From Octopus bimaculoides (taxonomy: Eukaryota): a stretch of 49,660 nucleotides of DNA. This document shows, in pieces, positions 1 through 12,939 of the stretch. The notes under the pieces are model-generated. The model saw nothing but the letters and a program-made list of their open reading frames with translations. It had not been told where the DNA came from and made no database searches. The stretch is taken from NCBI RefSeq assembly GCF_001194135.2, contig NC_069005.1, positions 5,009,324 to 5,058,983 on the forward strand, read 5' to 3'. Position numbers and translations under genes: made by a program. Each line of letters begins with the position of its first letter. Positions within the stretch are counted from its first letter, which is position 1.

Positions 1-1568
1 ATATATATATATATATACATACATATATATGTGTATATATATGTCTGTGTGTATATGTATTTATATAAATATACATATATGCATGCATACATATACACAT
101 GTATGTACTTATTCGCGTATGTGTATTTGATTAAATATGTGGTCCTTTTTATCTCCTTATCGACCTGAGTCTTTTTATACTTGTATGTTATGAACGCTCG
201 CGCGTATTAATAGTTACTGTATAGTCATTTATCAAAACTTAAGATTTATAAGTTGGGAGACGTTCATACATAATTGACTCCATTATATCATTTCGAAAGA
301 GAACAACAATTTCCTCTGTCTTTTCCTTTTAGATTTTTTTTCCCCCATCTTTCCTTCTTCAATTACTATTTCCTCCTTTATTGAACATCTTATTTCCGTT
401 TTATTTTCTATCACGTGTTTTTGTCCTGTCTGCTGCAATGAAACTTTTTTCATTGCTTCACACAATGAGAGTAAAACAGCTAAACGCTTGAAAATTATTT
501 AGCATTCAAACTGGGAACATATTTTTCAATGGCTGAAGTGTATCAGAGTCGATTAATTTACAATAATATATGAGCAAGGAATACACAACGTCAGGTTTTT
601 TTTTTTCCTATTTACCATGCGTCAAGAGAGCTATTTAGATATTCAGATTAAATCACTATTTGATCGAAACAAAATTAAGATATTTTTCTTTACCTTAGTA
701 CATTCATTTCAAATCCCTTTCTTGCGATTCATACTTAATTAACGGCTGTCTTTATGATGTGTGCAAATATCAGGCACGGAATTAGAATTGTAAATTTTAC
801 ATGACGGATTGTTCGGAAATGAAGCTTTTTACAGTTTTCATAATATTGAAGTGTTTTTTTTTTATTTTACTTTTTATTGTTGTCCATTCACTTTCATTTC
901 ATACAATCATACTTCAATTATAATCAAGGTGGAGAACATCAACACCATTAATTATCTGAATTCATATATTATAGATTTGTATTTGTCCCTAACTTTATAT
1001 ATGTATCAGTGTATATATATTGCGCGTTTCTTACAACATTAAGAGATTTTAACTCTTATTTCTTGCAATATAGGTGCTTTTGCACCCTCAACCATAATTA
1101 GTAACGATAAATTTTCCTTATATGGTATTATATTGCACCTACCTATATATGTGTGAGTGTGAATGTATGTATGTATATATGCATGTACGAAAAATAGAAG
1201 TTGAAAATGCACTGAGAATAAGTTAAAATATTTTTTATTAAACAATTTGAAGCTTTAACCGGTTTCACAGTTTACACTGATCTTCAAAATGTTCAAATTG
1301 AAAGACGTGGTTTAAGTCGCAGCTGTCTTGCTTCTGACTAGTGTTTGCCCTCTTTTTATAGGGAGTTCATGACTTTGTAGCTTTGTAGCTTTCTCAAATG
1401 GTAAAATGATTTTTTGTGTGAATAGTTATTTGCGTATGTGCTCTGTTAAAGTTTGTTAAGTCTTGGTTTGTACTTTTCTATGAAAGAAATAGATTGACCA
1501 TTCACCGACATCAAATATGAGACCCCAATACTAGACAGATCCCACTGAGTGGTCACGTTTCTGCATTG

Positions 1569-1973
1569 TTTGTGCTACATCTTATGATACTTGATCAAAA
1601 TCTCACCAGACTGATCACAACACGGGAAGATCTGATATTCCTTCAGATAGATTCAACTGGTTTCCTTTCCTTCAATCGCTTCTGTGTGAAACTGTGGCTT
1701 TCTACTGATTGACCACGGTCCCTTTTCTCCTGATTTGGACTCAGCTGGCTATCATGTGTTTTCCAACATGAAGACATACTTGGCTGCGATCCAGTGTCGC
1801 AGTGACGATGACATTATACCTGCTGTCGATGTCTTTTTTCAGCAACGGGAGGAAAGTATTGTAACACCGATGGAAGAACCGCAAAGGTGACTATGTTGAA
1901 AAATAAACCTCATTTAATCGCATTCTATAAGAGTACCTTGGTCATCTTAGCAACATTTTAGCAGACCTTCGTA
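1569..1973 (+). mobile_element. Decayed, internally deleted mariner transposon (transposase remnant plus right TIR)
   Basis: Manual translation gives FVLHLMILDQNLTRLITTREDL (WVPHLL-type linker). It then jumps to CGFLLIDHGPFSPDLDSAGYHVFSNMKTYL (HPPYSPDLAPSDYHLF motif) and GDYVEK* at 1886-1906. A TIR-like end at 1932-1971 is followed by TA. Confidence 0.9.
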
Positions 1974-2004
<31 letters not shown>

Positions 2005-2165
2005 GTATATATACATTTGTGTGTGTGTGTATGTATATATATATAAATGTATGTATATGCATGTATATATGTATCTATGTAAGTTCCTGTGTATGTATAT
2101 GTGCCTGCGCATACGGGAACGTACGTTTGTTCCATTATATCTAGCTACGTAGATTATGAACTTCA

Positions 2166-2198
<33 letters not shown>

Positions 2199-2225
2199 GT
2201 ATGCATTGTATGCTATATATATATA
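1972..2225. repeat. Compound (TA)n/(TG)n/(TACA)n microsatellite
   Basis: Directly visible. Confidence 0.95.
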
Positions 2226-2514
2226 TTTATGTGAGGATCCGGTGTCTGGTTTTAGATACACTAAGTGTTGAATTAATATATTTGAATATGGCGTTCTCGT
2301 TACGGAAAACAATTAACAAGACAATCACGATCTTTTACAGTCTTAGAATAGCCAGAAAATTTAATCAAATAACACAATAACAAGAAATACTATTTCAGTG
2401 ACATTGTCTTGTCATAAATAAGATATTTATTCTCTCCTTCGCGGTAACAAGATCACAAATTGTGTAGCATATAATGTATATTTAATGTTCCTGATCACTC
2501 TGTATCCCCACTCC

Positions 2515-2538
2515 CTTCTCTTCTCTCTCTCTCTCCCT

Positions 2539-2596
<58 letters not shown>
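2515..2596. repeat. (CT)n microsatellite running into an assembly gap
   Basis: Directly visible. Confidence 0.95.
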
Positions 2597-3374
2597 NNNN
2601 NNNNNNNNNNNNNNNNNNNNNNNNNNNNNNNNNNNNNNNNNNNNNNNNNNNNNNNNNNNNNNNNNNNNNNNNNNNNNNNNNNNNNNNNNNNNNNNNNNNN
2701 NNNNNNNNNNNNNNNNNNNNNNNNNNNNNNNNNNNNNNNNNNNNNNNNNNNNNNNNNNNNNNNNNNNNNNNNNNNNNNNNNNNNNNNNNNNNNNNNNNNN
2801 NNNNNNNNNNNNNNNNNNNNNNNNNNNNNNNNNNNNNNNNNNNNNNNNNNNNNNNNNNNNNNNNNNNNNNNNNNNNNNNNNNNNNNNNNNNNNNNNNNNN
2901 NNNNNNNNNNNNNNNNNNNNNNNNNNNNNNNNNNNNNNNNNNNNNNNNNNNNNNNNNNNNNNNNNNNNNNNNNNNNNNNNNNNNNNNNNNNNNNNNNNNN
3001 NNNNNNNNNNNNNNNNNNNNNNNNNNNNNNNNNNNNNNNNNNNNNNNNNNNNNNNNNNNNNNNNNNNNNNNNNNNNNNNNNNNNNNNNNNNNNNNNNNNN
3101 NNNNNNNNNNNNNNNNNNNNNNNNNNNNNNNNNNNNNNNNNNNNNNNNNNNNNNNNNNNNNNNNNNNNNNNNNNNNNNNNNNNNNNNNNNNNNNNNNNNN
3201 NNNNNNNNNNNNNNNNNNNNNNNNNNNNNNNNNNNNNNNNNNNNNNNNNNNNNNNNNNNNNNNNNNNNNNNNNNNNNNNNNNNGTATGTATATATATAAA
3301 CACATATATATGGTATATGTATGCGTGTATATGCTTGTTTATCTGGGGTGTTTTGCTCCCCGCCATCACTTGAC

Positions 3375-3443
3375 AATAGATTGATAGATTGATAGATCTA
3401 TATATATAGATAGATAGATAGATAGATTGATAGATCTATATAT

Positions 3444-3505
<62 letters not shown>
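3375..3505. repeat. (ATAG)n tetranucleotide microsatellite
   Basis: Directly visible. Confidence 0.95.
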
Positions 3506-5254
3506 TCATACATATATACACACGTTCCCATAAAACTCCACATTTTCGTAGAACCATTTATACGAAAACAATAAAAGCACAACTCAATCATGAACACACA
3601 CACACACACACACACTCATATGCATATGTAGTTTCCTACATATATGAATGTTCGTGTACATGTGCCTGCGCGTGTCTCTGTATACGCGCGCGTATATATA
3701 CCTATGTACATACACCTCAATATCAGCATACAATATCTTATGACTTATTGATTTTATCAGCAAGTTTGTATCGCAAGCGTTGTACTCGCAGCATAAGAGC
3801 TGAAGAATTCATTAAGTTTCTTCTACGAGTTTTTCAATATTACATCAAAACGTCATTGACATTGTTGTTAGTTCTACAGTAAATAATGGTCCATGTTATT
3901 AATGGCTCCATTTATGGGTTCCAATGTAAGAAGTTCTGCAGAATTAGCTAGAAATACCTTTCAGTTTGTAGCGGTGTTCTTGAATGTGATAAATACGACA
4001 AAATCGATTAATTGGAAAAAGAAAAAGAAAAGAAAGTTAGCATGAAATCAATGCTATGTGTGATTGATTCCTTATCGAAAGTGCATGAAGGCACAGCATA
4101 CGAACTGTAAACTTGTAAATGTATATCAGTGTTTATCTCAATATACAGCCACACATAAATGCTCTCGTATTTATGCACACACACACACACACACACACTC
4201 AAACATATATACACACTCATACACATATATTTCCATACAAACATGCATACACACACACACACATATATACACCAATATTTTTCTGTATATAAAGATGGTA
4301 ATCATAGGTAAACANNNNNNNNNNNNNNNNNNNNNNNNNNNNNNNNNNNNNNNNNNNNNNNNNNNNNNNNNNNNNNNNNNNNNNNNNNNNNNNNNNNNNN
4401 NNNNNNNNNNNNNNNNNNNNNNNNNNNNNNNNNNNNNNNNNNNNNNNNNNNNNNNNNNNNNNNNNNNNNNNNNNNNNNNNNNNNNNNNNNNNNNNNNNNN
4501 NNNNNNNNNNNNNNNNNNNNNNNNNNNNNNNNNNNNNNNNNNNNNNNNNNNNNNNNNNNNNNNNNNNNNNNNNNNNNNNNNNNNNNNNNNNNNNNNNNNN
4601 NNNNNNNNNNNNNNNNNNNNNATATATATATATATATATACATACATATATACATATACTTATACACATATATATGCAATCAACTCAATCTATATATGTA
4701 TGTGTGTGTATGTATGTGTGTGTAACTGGATATGTATGTGTGAGTGTGAATATGTGTGCGTGGCAATTGAGCGTACTCTATCTCAGAATATAGATATTAA
4801 AACTGATATACTCAGTTTGCTTAATACAGACATTATCATATATGGCACACGTGTATGTAAGGACCTCGCTTCACAGCTAGGCGTGTTAGCTCGGAATCTT
4901 GGTGTTAGTAGTATGTACATAATTCCTCATCTGTTAAATATAGAACTGTACGGCTTATGTTATTCATATTCTTATATGTATATGTCCGTATGTATTTGTA
5001 TGGAAATGGCGGAACGATGTTATTATTTTACCATGAGTACAAGTATATGAATGGAACACTTACTGGTATGTATATAATAGAATAGTGGATGATATGGTAT
5101 AAAATTTTATTGCAATGTTTACAATTGTTTCAACGCCCCGATCTGGCCACTCACGCACATAACTACAGGCATTAATGGTAAAGGAGATTTAGACATGTCT
5201 TGTATGTAATATATGTTGTATAATAGCACCAGCAGTTTCGTCTTCAGAACTGCT

Positions 5255-5335
5255 AAGTAACGGGAACGTAAGCACACTAACGCCGCCTGTCAAGCGGCGG
5301 TGGGCAAAACAAGCACTAATACACACACACACATC
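5255..5335 (-). mobile_element. SINE family A, fragment of 3' half
   Basis: gaactgctaagtaacgggaacgtaagcacactaacgcc..gtcaagcg matches the 3' half of other copies (6250-6330, 11105-11160). Confidence 0.65.
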
Positions 5336-5364
5336 TAAAGAAATATAACTCAACTTTTTTTGCA

Positions 5365-5478
5365 AGGCGAATGGACTGGAGCAATGTAAAATAAAGTGTC
5401 TTGCTCAAGGACACAGTGCACCGGTGGGAATCGAACTCATCAGCTTAGGACTCTGAACCGAATAACTTAACCACTAAG
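5365..5478 (-). mobile_element. tRNA-derived SINE head with CORE-like motif (family D)
   Basis: The reverse complement reads agtggttaag..gagttcgattccc (A/B boxes) followed by gtgtccttgagcaagacacttt. Confidence 0.7.
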
Positions 5479-6130
5479 TTGGTAAACAGTTGGGCTACTT
5501 AACCCGATGAGACTCAAGGAAGAATGACAGGGAAGTACGAGAGAGAGGGAGTTTGCATGAAGCACAATATAAAAATTAAAATGAAACAACATTTAAATGT
5601 ATTAAAAACTATTTAAGCATAATAATGATTGATAAATTGGTGGGTTTTATATGTGTTTTATGTTGTTTCTATATTGCTTTTCTTCTTTTTTCTGCAAGGA
5701 AACTGTCAGACGATACATCGGCCTGAATTGGAGTAACGAATTATTTTGTGCTTAAGAGAATTGTAGTATGAAATCCATAGAGAACTGGTGCCATAGTTGA
5801 AAAGAAGTAACGTGGGGGGGAGGAGTTTCCGTTAGAATAATTTAAATACAAGATTAATTAGAGTGCTATTAAGATTATCAGTTTATAATCAGAAGCTTTG
5901 TGTTTGTGAATCCGGCCCCATAACAGATTCGTAAACCTACGCTTGTTCACTCCCCGCGAATCTGTTTCACCATAACTTTCAGGAAATTGGATATTTTTTA
6001 ATGAAATTTTCTACAAATACTTTTTCGATGTCGTAGATTTCGTTTACATCGGAATTAGTTGAGGAAATATTTTCGGAGATTGGCAGAAGTGTTTCGAATT
6101 ATTCACACGCCTCAACTTCATTTCCTTGCC

Positions 6131-6326
6131 TTTTACTTGTTTCGGTTACTAGACTACGGCCATGCTGGGACCCGCCTTGAAGAATCTTTAGTCAAAAGAA
6201 TCGACCCCAGTAATTATGTTTGAAGCCTGTTATTTATTCAATCGGTCTCTTTTAGCCAAATAGGTAAGTTACGGAGACGCAAACACATCAACACTAGTTG
6301 TCAAGTAGTTGTGGCGAACACAGACA

Positions 6327-6373
<47 letters not shown>

Positions 6374-6909
6374 NNNNNNNNNNNNNNNNNNNNNNNNNNN
6401 NNNNNNNNNNNNNNNNNNNNNNNNNNNNNNNNNNNNNNNNNNNNNNNNNNNNNNNNNNNNNNNNNNNNNNNNNNNNNNNNNNNNNNNNNNNNNNNNNNNN
6501 NNNNNNNNNNNNNNNNNNNNNNNNNNNNNNNNNNNNNNNNNNNNNNNNNNNNNNNNNNNNNNNNNNNNNNNNNNNNNNNNNNNNNNNNNNNNNNNNNNNN
6601 NNNNNNNNNNNNNNNNNNNNNNNNNNNNNNNNNNNNNNNNNNNNNNNNNNNNNNNNNNNNNNNNNNNNNNNNNNNNNNNNNNNNNNNNNNNNNNNNNNNN
6701 NNNNNNNNNNNNNNNNNNNNNNNTATATATATATATATTTAAACGACGATCTCCTTTCAGTTTCCGCCAACCATATCCGCACACAAAGCTTCGGTCGGCT
6801 CGAGTAGAATGGTTAGTAGAATACATTTGCCCAAGACGCCATGCAGTGGGACTGAACCCAGAACCATGTGGTTGGAAAGCAATCTTCGCACCACACAGCC
6901 ACGCTGCGC
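6131..6909 (-). mobile_element. SINE family A, near full length, with internal (CA)n(TA)n and gap
   Basis: Head at 6745-6909 (tRNA-like, then cttgggcaa.tgt motif); tail at 6131-6330 ending ccagcatggccgtagtc..gaaacaagtaaaa. Confidence 0.9.
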
Positions 6910-7393
6910 ATTTTTTTTTAACTTTTTCTAGAATTTTGTTTTTCGGACAGAATAAGTTACGATTATATCAGAATTTAATGCGAAAAAAGCAATGGCGGGC
7001 GTGCATACATACATACTAACGTATATCGAATATATTTCTGCATAATACACTTGAAATTATAAAACAATTATGTGATGTGTATCAGCATGTGTGCGATGCG
7101 TACCTATTAATTGCGATATAATCATAATCTATGCCATCTGAAAGGTATTTGTAAAAATTCTTATCAAAGAATATCGATTTTTTTCCTGAAAGTCATGAGG
7201 AAACAAAGTAAGGAGCATGGTACATTTGTGTATGCATAGCACAAGGTTTACGTTTGTCACTAAGATTTGTTAAAAAATAAATCTGTGGTTAATTTTTATT
7301 TGCTGCAGAACACTGAAATATATCGATAGTGGTCACGTGATAATTTGAACAGGCCTGGTTTAATATCATATATATATATGTGTGTGTGTGTAT

Positions 7394-7434
<41 letters not shown>

Positions 7435-8675
7435 NNNNNNNNNNNNNNNNNNNNNNNNNNNNNNNNNNNNNNNNNNNNNNNNNNNNNNNNNNNNNNNNNN
7501 NNNNNNNNNNNNNNNNNNNNNNNNNNNNNNNNNNNNNNNNNNNNNNNNNNNNNNNNNNNNNNNNNNNNNNNNNNNNNNNNNNNNNNNNNNNNNNNNNNNN
7601 NNNNNNNNNNNNNNNNNNNNNNNNNNNNNNNNNNNNNNNNNNNNNNNNNNNNNNNNNNNNNNNNNNNNNNNNNNNNNNNNNNNNNNNNNNNNNNNNNNNN
7701 NNNNNNNNNNNNNNNNNNNNNNNNNNNNNNNNNNNNNNNNNNNNNNNNNNNNNNNNNNNNNNNNNNNNNNNNNNNNNNNNNNNNNNNNNNNNNNNNNNNN
7801 NNNNNNNNNNNNNNNNNNNNNNNNNNNNNNNNNNNNNNNNNNNNNNNNNNNNNNNNNNNNNNNNNNNNNNNNNNNNNNNNNNNNNNNNNNNNNNNNNNNN
7901 NNNNNNNNNNNNNNNNNNNNNNNNNNNNNNNNNNNNNNNNNNNNNNNNNNNNNNNNNNNNNNNNNNNNNNNNNNNNNNNNNNNNNNNNNNNNNNNNNNNN
8001 NNNNNNNNNNNNNNNNNNNNNNNNNNNNNNNNNNNNNNNNNNNNNNNNNNNNNNNNNNNNNNNNNNNNNNNNNNNNNNNNNNNNNNNNNNNNNNNNNNNN
8101 NNNNNNNNNNNNNNNNNNNNNNNNNNNNNNNNNNNNNNNNNNNNNNNNNNNNNNNNNNNNNNNNNNNNNNNNNNNNNNNNNNNTTTTTTTTTTTTTTTTT
8201 TCTACCTTCAAAACCTCAAATCACATTTTTATCACTTCCGCTTTCGACTCACGCTATCTTACCTTATCTTTCGATTTTATTGCAATTATAATTTTATCTT
8301 TGTATTACAGCAATCATAATTTTTAGAGAACAAATTTAATTATCCTCACATGTCATTATTTTATAACATTCAATGTTTTAAAGTTATTTCATTTCTTTCT
8401 TTTTTTCTTTTTTCCTTGTTTCTCAGAAAGTTATTTTGCTATTTATTTACATCGATATTTTTAATAAATGTCTAAATTTTATTTGAATGCTTTTGTTTCC
8501 TTTCTATATTCCAGTAGCTTTCTATTTAACTTATTTTTCTATTAATTCATTTTAATCTTCCTTGTTAAATATTACCATGTTATTTAAACCATTTATTTAT
8601 TTCTATATCTCTTAAGCACATTTAAAAAGACAAACAAGGTGAGTCACAGGTAAATGACTTCAACTAAATTCTTTT

Positions 8676-8785
8676 ATGAAATGAGAAATAAGGAAAGCGT
8701 CTTAAAATGCAGAAAGTGTTCTAAAACCTTTATATTTCGGGCACATCGCCCATATTCTGGGGCACACAATCAAAGAAATATTTGC
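8676..8785 (-). mobile_element. Hammerhead-bearing repeat family H2, degenerate copy
   Basis: Shares about 100 bp with 17020-17125 (atttctttg..gcccgaaatataaaggtttt..actttctg..gctttcct..tttctcatttcat). Stem II GGGC/GCCC is intact but the core has decayed to CAGAAUA. Confidence 0.75.
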
Positions 8786-10062
8786 GTGTGTATATGTGTA
8801 TACCAGTTGTACACATGCGTGGATGCCCCACATCGATGCATTCATATATCTGGTACACAAATTTACACATGAAATTGCTTCTGGTTCTACCGGTTCCAAG
8901 ATAGTTAGACACCATCAGCCTCCTGTCCAGCCACGTGATCCAAGAAATTACTCTTTCTAACGGAAATGCTGTAACTGAATCGACGATCTTATTTTGACAA
9001 CACCACGTACACGCCTTGACTAACAGCAGTCCATTTTCCAGTGACCATCTTGAACCTCCGGTTCTTCTTCATTCGGTAATCTAAGCCTGAACAAAACAGG
9101 TTTCTCTTTGGAGCTCGTGGAACCTCAAGTAGCATGGAGCCGAATCAAACTGTTTTAAATAATAATAATTCATGTAACTCCTATTAAATCCGTTAGGCGA
9201 CTTTTCCTTTCATTTTTCGACTCACTCGTCTATGTATGTATGTATGTATGTATGTATGTATATATATATATATGTATANNNNNNNNNNNNNNNNNNNNNN
9301 NNNNNNNNNNNNNNNNNNNNNNNNNNNNNNNNNNNNNNNNNNNNNNNNNNNNNNNNNNNNNNNNNNNNNNNNNNNNNNNNNNNNNNNNNNNNNNNNNNNN
9401 NNNNNNNNNNNNNNNNNNNNNNNNNNNNNNNNNNNNNNNNNNNNNNNNNNNNNNNNNNNNNNNNNNNNNNNNNNNNNNNNNNNNNNNNNNNNNNNNNNNN
9501 NNNNNNNNNNNNNNNNNNNNNNNNNNNNNNNNNNNNNNNNNNNNNNNNNNNNNNNNNNNNNNNNNNNNNNNNNNNNNNNNNNNNNNNNNNNNNNNNNNNN
9601 NNNNNNNNNNNNNNNNNNNNNNNNNNNNNNNNNNNNNNNNNNNNNNNNNNNNNNNNNNNNNNNNNNNNNNNNNNNNNNNNNNNNNNNNNNNNNNNNNNNN
9701 NNNNNNNNNNNNNNNNNNNNNNNNNNNNNNNNNNNNNNNNNNNNNNNNNNNNNNNNNNNNNNNNNNNNNNNNNNNNNNNNNNNNNNNNNNNNNNNNNNNN
9801 NNNNNNNNNNNNNNNNNNNNNNNNNNNNNNNNNNNNNNNNNNNNNNNNNNNNNNNNNNNNNNNNNNNNNNNNNNNNNNNNNNNNNNNNNNNNNNNNNNNN
9901 NNNNNNNNNNNNNNNNNNNNNNNNNNNNNNNNNNNNNNNNNNNNNNNNNNNNNNNNNNNNNNNNNNNNNNNNNNNNNNNNNNNNNNNNNNNNNNNNNNNN
10001 NNNNNNNNNNNNNNNNNNNNNNNNNNNNNNNNNNNNNNNNNNNNNNNNNNNNNNNNNNNNNN

Positions 10063-10111
<49 letters not shown>

Positions 10112-10769
10112 ACACAAACACACACATATACACACACAGGTACACACGTGCATACTGACAAAATTGAAAAATTATTTTTGGACAAAGCAAACGATAAGCT
10201 CGTAGATCGATAAGAATAGTGCTGAGACTCCTGGCAGAAGACGTGTTACAGGTCTGAAAATAGAAAAAGAACAAACAACCACGGCAAAGTGGGAACAAAA
10301 CTGCCATTGGTGAACTAAAAGATGGTATTTTTTGAAATGCGAAATCCTATGGACAATGAAAATGGCATTTCAGTCCAAAAGCAAAAAAATTATAAAACTA
10401 TTACAAAATAAACACAAAGAGAGATTCGAAGTTTTCCCAATAGAAAAGGGTATTTTCTGAAATGCTAAACTTATGGATGAAAATGGCATTTTAGATAAAG
10501 AATACGGTAACAAAATAAAAAATAGAAAAGAAAATAACGCATTTGAAAGGATTTTCAAATGCCGCAGAAATATAAAATAGCTGACCAACTTCGTGTAATA
10601 AGGGAAGGTAATTGAATAACAGTCATGGAGGGAGAACGTAGGAGAAGAAGAGAAGAAAATAGTGAATGAAACACTGAATGTAGAGAACGTTGCAAAAAAA
10701 GAATATGGAAGCCCAGCAGCTCAGTAATCGAAAATATATTGAACCAATCAAGGAGCCACTAAATGGTTA

Positions 10770-10868
10770 CTGTTGCTGCTGTTGTTGCCGCCGCTGCTAC
10801 TGCTGCTGCTGCTGTTGCTGTTGTTGTGGTTGTTGTTGTTGGTGTTGGTGGTGGTGGTGGTGGTGGTG
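10770..10868. repeat. Compound (CTG)n/(TTG)n/(GGT)n trinucleotide microsatellite
   Basis: Directly visible. Confidence 0.9.
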
Positions 10869-10974
10869 TTTCAGAGGTCAGCCCAGACTGATTTGACTTC
10901 TGACCAAATTATAGACCTCGCCATAAAAAGGAAATTTCTTAGAAGTAAAAAAATAACTTGGCTTTTACCATTTA

Positions 10975-11316
10975 AGATTGCGGCCATGGTGGAGCAGAAG
11001 CCTTGGAGAATCATTTTACTTGCAGGAGTCGATCCCAGTTCTTACGTTTCTTCTTGTTTTGTTTTGTTTGTTTGTTTTTTGTATTTAATTAAGCCTAGCG
11101 TATTTGCCCAACTGCGAAGTTTACGGGGACATAAACACACGAACACCGGTTGTTGTCTAGCGGTGAGAGGGACAAAGAGGGACAAATGCCAGGAACCGCT
11201 AAATTGCGGAGACATATACAAACCAACTCAGGTTGTCGAGTGGTGGTGAAAGAGAAGCGCATAGATACAGACATACCCACGCTTACATACATACCTACCT
11301 ACATGCATGCATACGT

Positions 11317-11374
<58 letters not shown>

Positions 11375-11628
11375 ATAGATTGATACATACATACATACAT
11401 ACATACATAGGTAAGTAGACAGACCGACTGATAGATAGAGAGAGACAGAGAGACAGAGAGACAGAGAGAGACAGAGAGACAGAGATGCACACACATATGC
11501 ACACATATGCGACGGTTTTCTATGCAGTTTCCGTCCATCTTTATTTACTCAAACCGCATTGCTCGACTCGGAGTTGAAAGCAATTGCACTAGGTGGCGCG
11601 CTGTGGAACTGAACTCAAAAACGCATGA
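10975..11628 (-). mobile_element. SINE family A with internal (AG)n, (TACA)n and (AGAC)n tracts
   Basis: Tail at 10975-11200 and degenerate head at 11515-11628 flank about 300 bp of simple repeats. Confidence 0.8.
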
Positions 11629-12207
11629 TCGTAAAGTGAGTTTCTTCTCCAGACAGCCTAAACGAAAGTACAAAAAATACTGAACAATCACTTAAAGACC
11701 TCAAAACTATTTGATGTAAGCGAGACGTAATTGTATATACAAACCCGGTCGAGCTGTCGTTTTCCCACTTATACTTTGACATATGTTGACAAAAAGGAAC
11801 GATTTTTTATTCATATTCTCTAAAGAAATCATTTGATTTATTTTTAGAAACTGGCTTAATATATTACGCGAGTGTACGGCTTTCAGTTGTTAGATAATTG
11901 AAAATATTTCAACAAATAGCTTACTTTATGACAAGAAAAAGACATCAATTTTGAACATTTATTCAAAATGGTACTTTTATAAAGCAGTATATAGATTTTC
12001 TCTAAGAGGCAAAGGTCGCACCTATCCTTACTTTCTTTGCGTATTTTGACACGTTGTAATATATTCCAGACAATTTCATTCTTCTAAACATTAATATTTT
12101 TCAAAAACCATAAATATATTGATAAACCAGTGTCCAGATACATCTTCGAAGTTTTCCAAAAAATGCAGCTGTCAATTAAAGCTTCCTTTTTTATTTATTT
12201 TCACAGT

Positions 12208-12334
12208 TGTAGCTGTGTAAGAGTAGATGCGGCTATGAAGCGCAAGCGTGGCTGTGTAGGCGCAGACGTGGTTTTGTAGGTGCAGACGTTGCTCTGAAGG
12301 CGCAGGCGTGGCTGTGTAGGCGCAGGTGTGACTG
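12208..12334 (+). repeat. 20-bp minisatellite (about 6 units) derived from the SINE A 5' end
   Basis: Units such as gtggctgtgtaggcgcagac / gtggttttgtaggtgcagac / gttgctctgaaggcgcaggc / gtggctgtgtaggcgcaggt. Confidence 0.85.
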
Positions 12335-12705
12335 TTTCTTTATGAAGCTTGTTTTGGAACCAGGTTATTTCAGCTTCAATCCCACAGCACTGCACCTCTG
12401 GCAAGTGTCTGCTACCATAGCCTCAAGCAATTCAAAATCTTCAGAGTATATTTGGTAGACGGAAGATNNNNNNNNNNNNNNNNNNNNNNNNNNNNNNNNN
12501 NNNNNNNNNNNNNNNNNNNNNNNNNNGTGTGTGTGTGTGTTTGCATGTTTGCGTCCCTGCACTTGTGTTTGTCCCCTCCACCGTCCGTAATTTAGCGGTT
12601 AAGAAAAAACATCGATATAATAAATACCTGGTTTTGAAAAATAGTACGAAGGTCAATTTGTTCGATTAAGCCGTCCAAACAACGCTCCAGCAGGTCAATT
12701 ACTAA
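12300..12705 (+). mobile_element. SINE family A, degenerate, internal (GT)n and gap
   Basis: Head ..ggcaagtgtctgctaccatagcctc..tttggtagacggaa; tail ..cgtaatttagcggtt..gctccagca. Confidence 0.8.
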
Positions 12706-12939
12706 ATCAAATGAAAGATAGCAGATAAAAAATAATCCAAATTAATCACATTCACGTCAAGAACGACTTATTCCTCAGACAGACTTCTCTAAGATCCATC
12801 AGACTAAGTGCTGTGGTTGATAAAACCGTCAAAGATTTTTTGAAGGGATGTATAAAAGTAGAAAGCTGTAAGATATTCAAATATTAAAGGAATAAGTGTT
12901 ATATATGGGAGAAGTCAGTCCACTTCCATTATTGGATAG

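Noticed and set aside
2427-3384. Long ORFs spanning N-runs (also at 7345, 9193, 19523, 42993, 46952 and others)
   Set aside because: Artefacts of X translation across assembly gaps and dinucleotide repeats.
8606-8655. Perfect donor AAG|GTGAGT
   Set aside because: The upstream sequence is AT-rich and non-coding, with only a weak AAG acceptor and a 22-nt frame-shifting exon.
8985-9100. Minus-strand acceptor (tttgttcag) plus GLDYRMKKNRRFKMVTGKWTAVSQG
   Set aside because: No convincing donor and no recognisable family.
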